Part shown: piece after piece, positions 1 through 8,178 of the stretch | How the letters are laid out: every line of letters begins with the position of its first letter | How positions within the stretch are numbered: the first letter of the stretch is position 1 | Source: Selaginella moellendorffii | Lineage: Eukaryota; Plantae; Lycopodiophyta | DNA length: 18,569 nucleotides | Assembly: GCF_000143415.4 (NCBI RefSeq) | Contig: NW_003314515.1 | Span: 1-18,569 of the forward strand | Reading direction: 5' to 3' | Notes under the pieces: model-generated | Seen by the model: only the letters and a program-made list of their open reading frames with translations | The model's database searches: none | Told to the model about the DNA's origin: nothing | Program-made: the position numbers and the translations under genes

Positions 1-313
1 CTAAACCCTAAACCCTAAACCCTAAACCCTAAACCCTAAACCCTAAACCCTAAACCCTAAACCCTAAACCCTAAACCCTAAACCCTAAACCCTAAACCCT
101 AAACCCTAAACCCTAAACCCTAAACCCTAAACCCTAAACCCTAAACCCTAAACCCTAAACCCTAAACCCTAAACCCTAAACCCTAAACCCTAAACCCTAA
201 ACCCTAAACCCTAAACCCTAAACCCTAAACCCTAAACCCTAAACCCTAAACCCTAAACCCTAAACCCTAAACCCTAAACCCTAAACCCTAAACCCTAAAC
301 CCTAAACCCTAAA
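1..313. repeat. Terminal telomere array (CCCTAAA)n, Arabidopsis-type TTTAGGG on the minus strand, about 44 units
   Basis: Uninterrupted 7-bp repeat from base 1 to 313, C-rich strand on +, as expected for a left chromosome end. Confidence 0.98.
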
Positions 314-850
314 GCCAACACGCGAGCACACTTTGACACACAAACATGCAGGTGGACATACTACAGGCCCAGGGAACAAGACAGAAACATCATCCAATAC
401 CACCCAGTCGCACTACTATTATGGGGCGCACATATGAACGTGCAACGCATCACTAATGACACTTGGTCAAAGTACCTTATGAAGTATGCACTCAAGGCAG
501 AGCCGACGGGGCCCATGACAATCGACACTAGTGATGCAGCAAGGCTCGGGCTCAGCGGCCTTTCTACAACAGCACTCAAGGTGGTCAGTGCAGCATGCTT
601 TGTCAAGCCAGTATCAGCAACAGAAGCAGCACTCATTATGCTTCAGCTCCAGGTTGTAAGACACAAAGAATCCGTCGACTACTACGACACGTCCCCGCCA
701 CAGCTCAGAAACAGGGCGTCCAAGTCAAACACACCGGTCTTGCACACCGTCTCACAGTACTGTGCACGCCCGCCAGAGCTCGACGACATCACGCTGTATA
801 ACTACTACAAGAACCACGTCATCAGGCCTACAATGTACCAAAGCACAGCA
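314..850 (+). pseudogene. Truncated Helitron-like Rep (HUH endonuclease) fragment
   Basis: The frame of ORF 434-1114 is open from base 314: ...YYRPREQDRNIIQYHPVALLLWGAHMNVQRITNDTWSKYLMKYALKAEP..., with the YxxKYxxK catalytic-tyrosine motif. It is followed by VSATEAALIML and YCARPPELDDITLYNYY, typical of Helitron RepHel. No upstream HUH motif and no helicase are present. The ORF tail after about 850 runs into unrelated repeats. Confidence 0.75.
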
Positions 851-894
851 ACGTGCACAAACACGCATGGACAGGGGAACACGCACTCTCACCC

Positions 895-1670
895 ACTGAG
901 CTCTCACCCAAGTTCAAGACAAGGGAATTGCCCGCCCGGATCCAGACTTAGTGGTTACACTAGGAACATCAGTTCGCTCAGCATCACAAGTGAGTGCAGC
1001 CATCACCCATCAGTCACACACAGGGAGAAAACTTTGCCATGCTATTCAGCGACCGATCCTTTCGCCAGGTGGAAATGTATCCCCTGCCCGAGATTCCAAA
1101 AGGCCGCTGAATAGCACGGAGCATATGTCCTCCACCACATGCTTACTTAGTACACGCGCAAAGGGCATGCAGGCACGTACATGTTTTGCGTCAGTCACCT
1201 CAGAACCCAGCTCCCCACCAAGCCCCCATGCGACTGAGCTCACCCAAGTTCAAGACAAGGGAATTGCCCGCCCGGATCCGGACTTGCTGGTCACACCAGG
1301 AACATCAGTTCATTCAGCATCACAAGTAAGTGGAGCCATCACCCATGAGGGACAACACAAGGAGAAAACCTTTGTTAAAAATGCACGTGGCGGAGGGAGC
1401 AAGAAGTTACATGCTCTTGTGCTATGGAGCGACCGATCCTTTCGCCAGGTAGAAATACATCCCCTGCCCGAGATTCCAAAAGGTCGCTCAATAGCACAGA
1501 GCATGTGACTTCTTGCTCCCCCATCACATGCATTTTTAACAAAAGGGTAGATGCCTAGAGCGTCACTTCCCCGGCTGTGAAGCACCAGCTAAGCCCCCAT
1601 GCGACTGAGCTCACCCACGTTCAAACACGAGGGAATTTTGCCCGCCCGGATCCGGACTCAACGGTTACAG
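895..1670. repeat. Diverged tandem repeat, about 340-370 bp unit, two copies plus a partial third
   Basis: ACTGAGCTC(TC)ACCCAAGTTCAAGACAAGGGAATTGCCCGCCCGGATCC recurs at about 895, 1233 and 1604. GCGACCGATCCTTTCGCCAGG...GAGATTCCAAAAGG recurs at about 1049 and 1429. Confidence 0.9.
1369..1546. repeat. Long imperfect inverted repeat (about 65-bp arms, 47-nt spacer)
   Basis: 1369-1434 (CCTTTGTTAAAAATGCAC...GAGCGACC) is near reverse-complementary to 1482-1546 (GGTCGCTC...TGCATTTTTAACAAAAGG). Confidence 0.9.
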
Positions 1671-2180
1671 CACAGCAAGGGGTGTGTGCTTGGGAGGGGG
1701 TGCGAACACCCCACTGGCCCAAAACACACACAAAAGCGAGAGGCTAGCCCGAGCTGTGGCGCACCACACATGTTGGTCGTCCGAGTCTCCCGGTTCTGCC
1801 GGAGCATTGGCCAGGAACCCGTCACAAGCACATGTGTTGCACCACAGCAATAGGTGTGCAGCCCTCTACCAAAGGCACACACCACCCCACATCAGGAGGA
1901 TTAACTGCCAGCCAGCCCACCACCACCGCACGCAAAGATCCGAGTCTCCCGGCTTTCACCAGGACCCGTCCCAATGCGCATTGTGGTGGCGAGCAGGGAG
2001 TGTGATGTTGCAGGTAGCAAAAGCAGAGCCACGAGCCAAAGCCAGAAGCCAAAGCCCACTTTGAGCTCGCCCCGCACGCAGTATACCACGTGAAGAGCAC
2101 TCGCTCGCCCGGATTCGGACCCGGACTCGGACTCCGAGTTCAACTCGGACTCCACCTCGGCTACCCGACCTCCAACACCC

Positions 2181-2260
2181 ACACTATCCCTACTATACTT
2201 TTGGAACCCCCCACAGCCCCCCCCCCCTGGGAGACACACGCTTTGGGCTTTCACCCCACA
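2181..2260 (-). promoter_or_regulatory. Promoter-like block GGGTGAAAGCCCAAAGCG...G-run...CCAAAAGTATAGTAGGG, also present in all LTRs of the window
   Basis: TATAGTAGGG on the minus strand at 2197-2188. Homologous blocks lie at about 4263-4331 (+), 6942-7017 (-), 10962-11037 (-), 17093-17167 (-) and 18396-18474 (+). Promoter function is inferred. Confidence 0.55.
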
Positions 2261-2645
2261 GCATGTATTAGTGTTCGGGCTTAGAATCTGGAAGTGCTGC
2301 GACTTCTGCAACATCAACAATGAAAAAGTGGTCATTTTTTCTTACTTTTTTTTTTCGAGTGTCACGAGACGACTCCTAGGAGCGGATGACACGTGGCACA
2401 CTGTTCATGCCATGTAATATGTGCCGTTTTTAGTGGTTTTTCAAGGTAAGAGTCACGTGACATATTTCGAGCTTGGTGTCATGGTAGTAAATGTAGTGTT
2501 GCCAACTCATATTTCGGCTAAAGTTGGATGTTTTTGAGTTGTTTTTTTTCGTAGTAACTTATATCGCCACGTGTTATTCCACGTGCTCTAAAGATGGCAC
2601 ACGGGCTCAATGTATGGAACGCAACACTATGCCATGTGCAAGTGT

Positions 2646-2676
2646 AGGGTTTAGGGTTTAGGGTAGGGTAGGGTTT
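2646..2676 (+). repeat. Short interstitial telomere-like tract (TTTAGGG x2 plus TAGGG variants), opposite polarity to the terminal array
   Basis: AGGGTTTAGGGTTTAGGGTAGGGTAGGGTTT. The mirrored copy lies at about 17979-18010. Confidence 0.8.
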
Positions 2677-2759
2677 GCCACGTGGCATACATTTTGAGCA
2701 ATTTATATGCCATGAGCTATACCTTTTAGAAGGTGGCATTCAGACGGATGGTTTGGATG

Positions 2760-3320
2760 AGGTGGCATGCCACGTGGCATACTTTTATGTACTTATAGCA
2801 TGCCACGTGGCAAACCCTTGGAGAGGTGGCATCTTGGAGGTTGCATGCCACGTGGTAAACCCTTGGAGAGTTGGTACCTATGGATGCCACGTGGCAAACC
2901 CTTGGAGAGGTGGCATCTTGGAGGTTGCATGCCACATGACAAACCCTTGGAGAGGTGGTACCTATGGATGCCACGTGGCAAACCCTTGGAAAGGTGCATC
3001 TTGGAGGTTGCATGCCATGTGACAAACCGTTGGAGAGGTGGTACCTATGGATGCCACGTGGCAAACCCTTGGAAAGGTGGCATCTTGGAGGTTGCATGCC
3101 ACATGACAAACCCTTGGAGAGGTGGTACCTATGGATGCCACGTGGCAAACCCTTGGAAAGGTGGCATCTTGGAGGTTGCATGCCACGTGACAAACCCTTG
3201 GAGAGGTGGTACCTATGGATGCCACGTGGCAAACCCTTGGAAAGGTGGCATCTTGGAGGTTGCATGTCACGTGACAAACCCTTGGAGAGGTGGCACCTTT
3301 GAGGTTGCATGCCACGTGAC
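2760..3320. repeat. G-box satellite: alternating 45 + 39 bp subunits (84-bp higher-order unit)
   Basis: GCCACGTGG starts at 2802, 2847, 2886 and 2931 (variant), and so on. Each subunit has TGCCAC(G/A)TG(G/A)CAAACCCTTGGA(G/A)AGGTGG. Confidence 0.95.
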
Positions 3321-3405
3321 ATGACATTGGAAGGTACCTCTTCTGCACTTGTATGCCATGTGGCATACCTCAGGCCCTGGATATCTCGGGCCCCGGACAT
3401 GTCGG

Positions 3406-5255
3406 TGTGAGACACAAAATCCCTAGGCCCCAAAGTGGAGCTGGAAGGGCGCCACATGGTAGTGGCCAAAGCGAGATGGACCAAAAGCTCCGACTTGAAA
3501 AGTCAAGAGCGGGAGTGGAACTCCCAACGAAGTGCTCGAGGAACGAGCACGAAGCGAGCAAAAGGCAAGGCTCCAAAAAGGGACCCAAAAGGACCAACAC
3601 ATGACACGTGGGAGTGTCCGAGATGGACTCGAGATGGAGTCCGAAGTGGAGTCCGAGGTGGACCCGAGATGGACCCGAGTTGGAGTCCGAAGTGGAGTCC
3701 GAGATGGAGTCCGAGATGGAGTCCGAGTTGGAGTCCGAGGTGGACCCGAGATGGACCCGAGTTGGAGTCCGAAGTGGAGTCCGAGATGGACCCGAGATGG
3801 AGTCCGAGATGGAGTCCGAGATGGAGTCCGAGGTGGACCCGAGATGGACCCGAAATGGAGTCCGAGATGGAGTCCGAGATGGACCCGAGATGGAGTCCGA
3901 GATGGAGTCCGAGATGGAGTCCGAGATGGACCCGAGATGGAGTCCGAGATGGAGTCCGAGGTGGACCCGAGATAGACCCGAAATGGAGTCCGAGATGGAC
4001 CCGAGATGGAGTCCGAGATGGACCCGAGATGGAGTCCGAGATGGACCCGAGATGGACCCGAGATGGAGTCCGAGATGGAGTCCGAGATGGAGTCCGAGAT
4101 GGAGTCCGAAGTCGAGACCGAGACCGGAACCGAGACCGGGACCGAGACCGAGACCGAGACCGAGGCCGAGGCCAAGACCGAGCCCGAGCCCGAGTCCGAG
4201 TCCGAATCCGAATCCGAGTCCGAGTCCGAGTCCGAGTCCGAGTCCGAGTCCGGAGCCTGAGAGGGTGAAAGCCCAAAGCGTTCGTCTCCCAGACCCTGGG
4301 GGGTTTGGTGAGCTCCAAAAGTATAGTAGGGGGAGGACTGCAGTGGAGCCAGTTTGGCCAGGAAAGGCCAGTTTGGCCCAGGAAGGCCAGACCCAGTGTT
4401 GGGTGATGAGCTGCCCACTGGGAAGTCCAAGACTAGAGTGAATACGGACCGACAAGCGGGGTAGCTTGGTGAAGTGTTCAAGAGCCGGCTCTAGTTCCCC
4501 CGGGAGATCGACTGGCCGATGCTCCCAGTCCAAGTGTGGGTGGCACTACCTACTTGGATACCAGGCGTGGCTCAACGGAACCTCGCTCTAAGCCCATGGC
4601 TAGAGCACCTAAAGGCGATAGGTGGGGAGAGTACCCAGGTGGGTCGCGTAAGGCCACGGTGTTCCGAAATGTCGTCCCAAAGGCCCAGACTGTGGAAAGG
4701 AAGAGGAGCAGTCCTCTGGGGTAGTGACCAAGGACACAGTCGTGTGGTGAGGAAGTCCCAGAGGACCGTGGGACTTAGTGGTCGGGCCTGTGGGCCTCGA
4801 TCCAGTGGCAGTGTTGGCAAACACGGCTAGGGGCAGAAAGGGACTTGGTAGGAACTGACAAAGGGACTTTGGGGAAGGCGATTCCCCAGGTCTGTGGGCA
4901 TCCTAAGGATGCTAAGGAGTGGATCTAGGATGACCCTCGTAGACAGATGGCCCAGTCTTGGAGAGACGGGATGGTGATGCAAGTGGTATTGGACCATTTG
5001 CGCAGCAAAGGTGAATGGGCATGGCCTTAGCGTAACGGGCCGAGATGTCAGTGGTACCTTTGGGTGTCGGTCATGGATCGGACACGTGGAGCACTTGGAC
5101 CAAGTGCAAAGGTTGAGTGGCATGGATGCCATTCTCGGGGCTAGCAAGCCCCAAGTCCTGAATGGGACTTATGGAGGTTGTGAATGAGACTCCTCCAAGT
5201 GGTCGAAGGTGTGGTTAAGTGACTAAAGTAGAATGGAAAAATTTAGTCGCTTACA
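3406..5255 (+). mobile_element. Solo LTR (1850 bp), TG...CA, 5-bp TSD GTCGG
   Basis: Begins TGTGAGAC (3406) and ends GCTTACA (5255). GTCGG lies at 3401-3405 and 5256-5260, and the GC-rich satellite continues on both sides. Strand is inferred from the shared TATAGTAGGG block at 4322-4331. Confidence 0.85.
3612..4252. repeat. Minisatellite inside the solo LTR: 12-bp GGAGTCCGAGAT and 11-bp GGACCCGAGAT units grading into 6-bp GAGACC/GAGTCC units
   Basis: Directly visible tandem units. They are the source of the low-complexity ORFs in this interval. Confidence 0.95.
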
Positions 5256-5706
5256 GTCGGGCCCCAGATATATCGGGCACCCGATATGTCCGGCCCCAGA
5301 TATATCGGGCCCCGGACATGTCGGGCACCCAGACATATCCGGGCCCCGACATATCCGGCCCCGGACATGTCGGGCACCCGATATGTCGGGCCCCAGAGAT
5401 GTCGGGCCCCAGATATATCGGGCCCCGGACATGTCCGGGCCCCGATATCTCCGGCCCCGAACATGTCGGGCACCCGATATGTCGGGCCCCCGGACATATC
5501 CGGCCCCGGACATGTCGGGCACCCGATATGTCCGGCCCCGGACATGTCCGGGCCCCGATATGTCCGGCCCCGGAAATGTCGGGCACCCGATATATCCGGC
5601 CCCAGACATATCGGGCCCCGGACATGTCGGGCACCCGATATGTCGGGCCCCGTACATGTCGGGCACCCGATATGCCGGGCCCCAGATGTGTCTGGCCCTG
5701 GATATA
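5256..5706. repeat. GC-rich quasi-palindromic satellite, about 16-17 bp units (GGGCCCCGGACATGTC / GGGCACCCGATATGTC); begins at about 3373 before the solo LTR
   Basis: Directly visible tandem units. The same motif occurs at 3373-3405. Confidence 0.95.
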
Positions 5707-5709
5707 TCC

Positions 5710-5921
5710 GAGTTTTATTTTGACACGTGGCATGGCCTTTGGTTTGATCTCATAGAGTTTTATTGTTTTCAATGTGTGCCACATTGACACATGGCATGCA
5801 CTTTGGTTTGTGCTCAGAGTTTTATGGTTTTCAATGTGTGCCACATTGACACGTGGCATGTGCTTTGGTGAGTTTTATGGTTTTCAATGTGTGTCACATT
5901 GACACGTGGCATGCCCTTTGG
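5710..5921. repeat. About 55-62 bp tandem repeat (3-4 copies) with CACGTG
   Basis: GAGTTTTAT(T/G)GTTTTCAATGTGTG(C/T)CACATTGACAC(G/A)TGGCATG at about 5755, 5817 and 5870, partial at 5710. Confidence 0.9.
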
Positions 5922-6192
5922 CTTGTTCTCATAGTTAGAGTTTAGCGTCCTTGTATGCCATGTGAAATACATATGTTTGGACTTGCTTGCCATGCCACGT
6001 GGTGACAGTCACAACACATTCTTTGTGACTTATATCCTAGTTAATAACTAACTAATGACACAATTTGGCAAACACACCTTACATTGACAATTGTAAGTAG
6101 TATTTAAGGACCATACACTTATATGCTATGGAAAAATACTCAAAGTTTATATATTAAAACAGTGATCTTACAAAAATAAATGACTTGTAAGG

Positions 6193-6205
6193 AAAAAAAC
6201 AAAAA
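6193..6205 (-). terminator. RNA Pol III oligo-dT terminator of the 5S gene
   Basis: TTTTTGTTTTTTT on the minus strand immediately after the 5S 3' end. Confidence 0.75.
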
Positions 6206-6323
6206 GAGGGGGTCACTTGGACTTCCCGGGTGGTCACCCAGCCCAGTACTATTCAAGCCCAGGGACGCTTAACTTTGGAGGTCTGATGGGATCTAGTGCC
6301 ATAGTCACGGTTTGAACCCACTC
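6206..6323 (-). rRNA. Divergent 5S rRNA gene (or 5S variant/pseudogene)
   Basis: The minus strand contains GATCCCATCAGACCTCCAAAGTTAAGCG (loop C/box A), GAATAGTACTGGG (loop E/intermediate element) and GGGTGACCACCCGGGAAGTCC (box C). Length is about 118 nt and the ends pair (GAGTGGGTT/GACCCCCTC). Confidence 0.85.
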
Positions 6324-6349
6324 TGAAATATTTCACACTCCCCCTACTC

Positions 6350-6354
6350 TTATA
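6350..6354 (-). promoter_or_regulatory. TATA element upstream of 5S
   Basis: TATAA at -31..-27 relative to the inferred 5S +1 (6323), close to the usual position in plant 5S genes. Confidence 0.55.
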
Positions 6355-6403
6355 GTGTGGGGCAGCTTGATCCAAAGCTGCAGCGTACCTCCACAATCCC
6401 GTG

Positions 6404-6647
6404 TTCGTTTTGGGCGCCAAAAAGCACGCCCGCGGGACATGTGGTACCTCCCCAACAATTCACGAAGACCGCGTTTTGGGGCCCAAAACGCGCGCTGCAA
6501 AATGTGGGGTACCTCCCCGACTTTTCGTGAAAAATCGCGTGTTTTGGGCCCCAAAAAAAGCCCGTGGAACACGTGGTACCCTTGCAACTTCTCGCGAAAA
6601 ATCGCGCGTTTTGGGCCCCAAAACGCGCCCCGCGAAATGTGGGGTAC
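6404..6647. repeat. About 67-bp tandem repeat (4 copies) with the palindrome CGCGTTTTGGG(C)CCCAAAACGCG, cut by the LTR at 6648
   Basis: GTTTTGGG(G/C)CCCAAAA...GTGG(GG)TAC at about 6408, 6473, 6541 and 6608. Confidence 0.85.
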
Positions 6648-7565
6648 TGTAGCGCACCTGAATTTGGAGCCGAACTCCAAGCCCGTTGCACTACGAAACG
6701 AGGGTCCGGTACAATCCCACGAGCACCAACTCCCCGTATCCAGCACCTGCACGCAAAATGGTGTCAGACGGAGTCTGGCACAATTTTGGCATACCGGTGG
6801 CCTAATGCGAGAAGGAGGGTACTCCACCGACTAGAGCAGCGTGGAGCTTGGGCTTAGACCCAAGCCGGACGCAGAACAAGGAGCGACACAGCCCAGCGGG
6901 AGCCAAACTAATGTCTCAGGTGGTCGGACATGCATCCAACCACTATCCCTACTATACATTTGGAACCCCCCATAGCCCCCCCCCCTTGAGGAACACACGC
7001 TTTGGGCTTTCACCCCAAGCCTCCCTTAGTACCAGGAGTTAGTCTCTGGGACAAGCTCGAAACTTACTAAATATGGAATGTCCTTAGATTGCGAATTTGG
7101 ACACGCGACAAACACCATTGTGTTCAGGCCGATCTCTACATTCCGTAGATATGCCAAATAAGCTAATCTAGACACTTTCCATAAATAGCATTTGGGACCG
7201 AAATGAGACCAACACAAAGGGCGTGATAGCGAGGGTGTTTGGCAGACACGGTAAGCTATCATCCAGCGATATTGAGGGACTAGTCTCAATACGCGAGGGT
7301 TCTTGTCACTAGCCAGTGCAAGACATAACGAGACGGGAACTCCTTACCGGGCTAAGTATGCTTAGCTAATAGCACGTAGGAATTCCGTCCTTATGCTCGT
7401 CCGGTCTAAGTACACTCGGAATGCCCAGTTAACTCCACTAGCACAAGAGGGGCTACTAAAGGGATCCAACTGTACCGATCTCCTGCCGTCATGGCAGTAA
7501 GGAAAGAGTATCCGTAAGGACCGGTCGACAAGTATCTTTCGATACCCGAAGTCACATTCGCGACA
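6648..7565 (-). repeat. 3' LTR of the chromovirus (918 bp)
   Basis: The minus strand starts TGTCGCG directly after the PPT and ends GTGCGCTACA, the same termini as LTR 10439-11585, to which it aligns over about 6700-7565. Confidence 0.88.
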
Positions 7566-7578
7566 CTCTCCCCCCCTT
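7566..7578 (-). promoter_or_regulatory. Polypurine tract
   Basis: AAGGGGGGGAGAG abutting the TG of the LTR. Confidence 0.9.
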
Positions 7579-8178
7579 GGGGAAGATCGACGTCCTCGTC
7601 GATGCATACCCGAGTCTAGCAAACCGTCAAGGAAACAACTCCGAAAGTTAACGGAAAGCACACTATGTGGGAAACACACCGACTTAAATGAGTTATGGAA
7701 CGACCTCTCCTCTACGTCCAAAGATGTTAAGACTCAGACACCCTCCGGCCGTCGCCGACAAGGAAATGACCAACGGAGTTAGCCACCCTTGCTGCTCTGA
7801 GTACCACTCAGCTTACAAAGGAATGATACATCCCTGCCCGCAGGGATATAGGGAGAAGGCCAGAGGCCCAACTGCCCCTGAGCAAGAAATCAACCCCATC
7901 GGGAAGATTTAGACAACTATTATAAACTGGCAGATTAAGTTGTTTACACGACCACGCCCCTTTTTTTTTTTTTTTTTTGAAAAGGAGTCATCGAGAGAGA
8001 GGCGGGGACTTGTGATCAGTCTATAATAGGTATCCCCATGGTTATGGATTGGACCCATGCACCGAAGTGCCGAAGTCAGCCTGCCAAAACTGACCCAAGT
8101 ACAATTGATCGAGAGAAACGACACTTTTGATTGATAGAAATATATTACTTTATTAATTTGCAAGATTGATTACAAGAT

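Noticed and set aside
860-2100. Telomerase RNA or H/ACA and C/D snoRNA cluster
   Set aside because: No CUAAACCCU template. The box-like motifs (AGAGCA, GTGATG, CTGA) are not conserved between repeat copies or correctly positioned.
2006-2260. Possible short solo LTR/TRIM (TG...CA on the minus strand)
   Set aside because: No TSD (TGTGA vs GCATG), and no adjacent PBS or PPT. Kept only as an alternative origin of the promoter block.
2760-3320. CRISPR-like regular palindromic repeats
   Set aside because: The intervening sequences are themselves repeated, there are no unique spacers or cas genes, and the context is eukaryotic.
4256-4280. Hammerhead-like string CTGAGAGGGTGAAAGCCCAAAGC (retrozyme idea)
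   Set aside because: It lacks a complete CUGANGA and the GAAA after stem II, stems I/III were not found, and other copies lack CTGA.
4400-4431. GGGTGA...CTGGGAAGTCCAAG resembling the 5S box C (Cassandra-like LTR)
   Set aside because: Only about 13 nt match, with no box A or other 5S sequence, so chance cannot be excluded.
2675-5859. Many long ORFs in both strands (CHVANPW, ESEM, GPDMS, LGLHLG repeats)
   Set aside because: They are translations of tandem repeats, open in several frames at once, with no domain signature.
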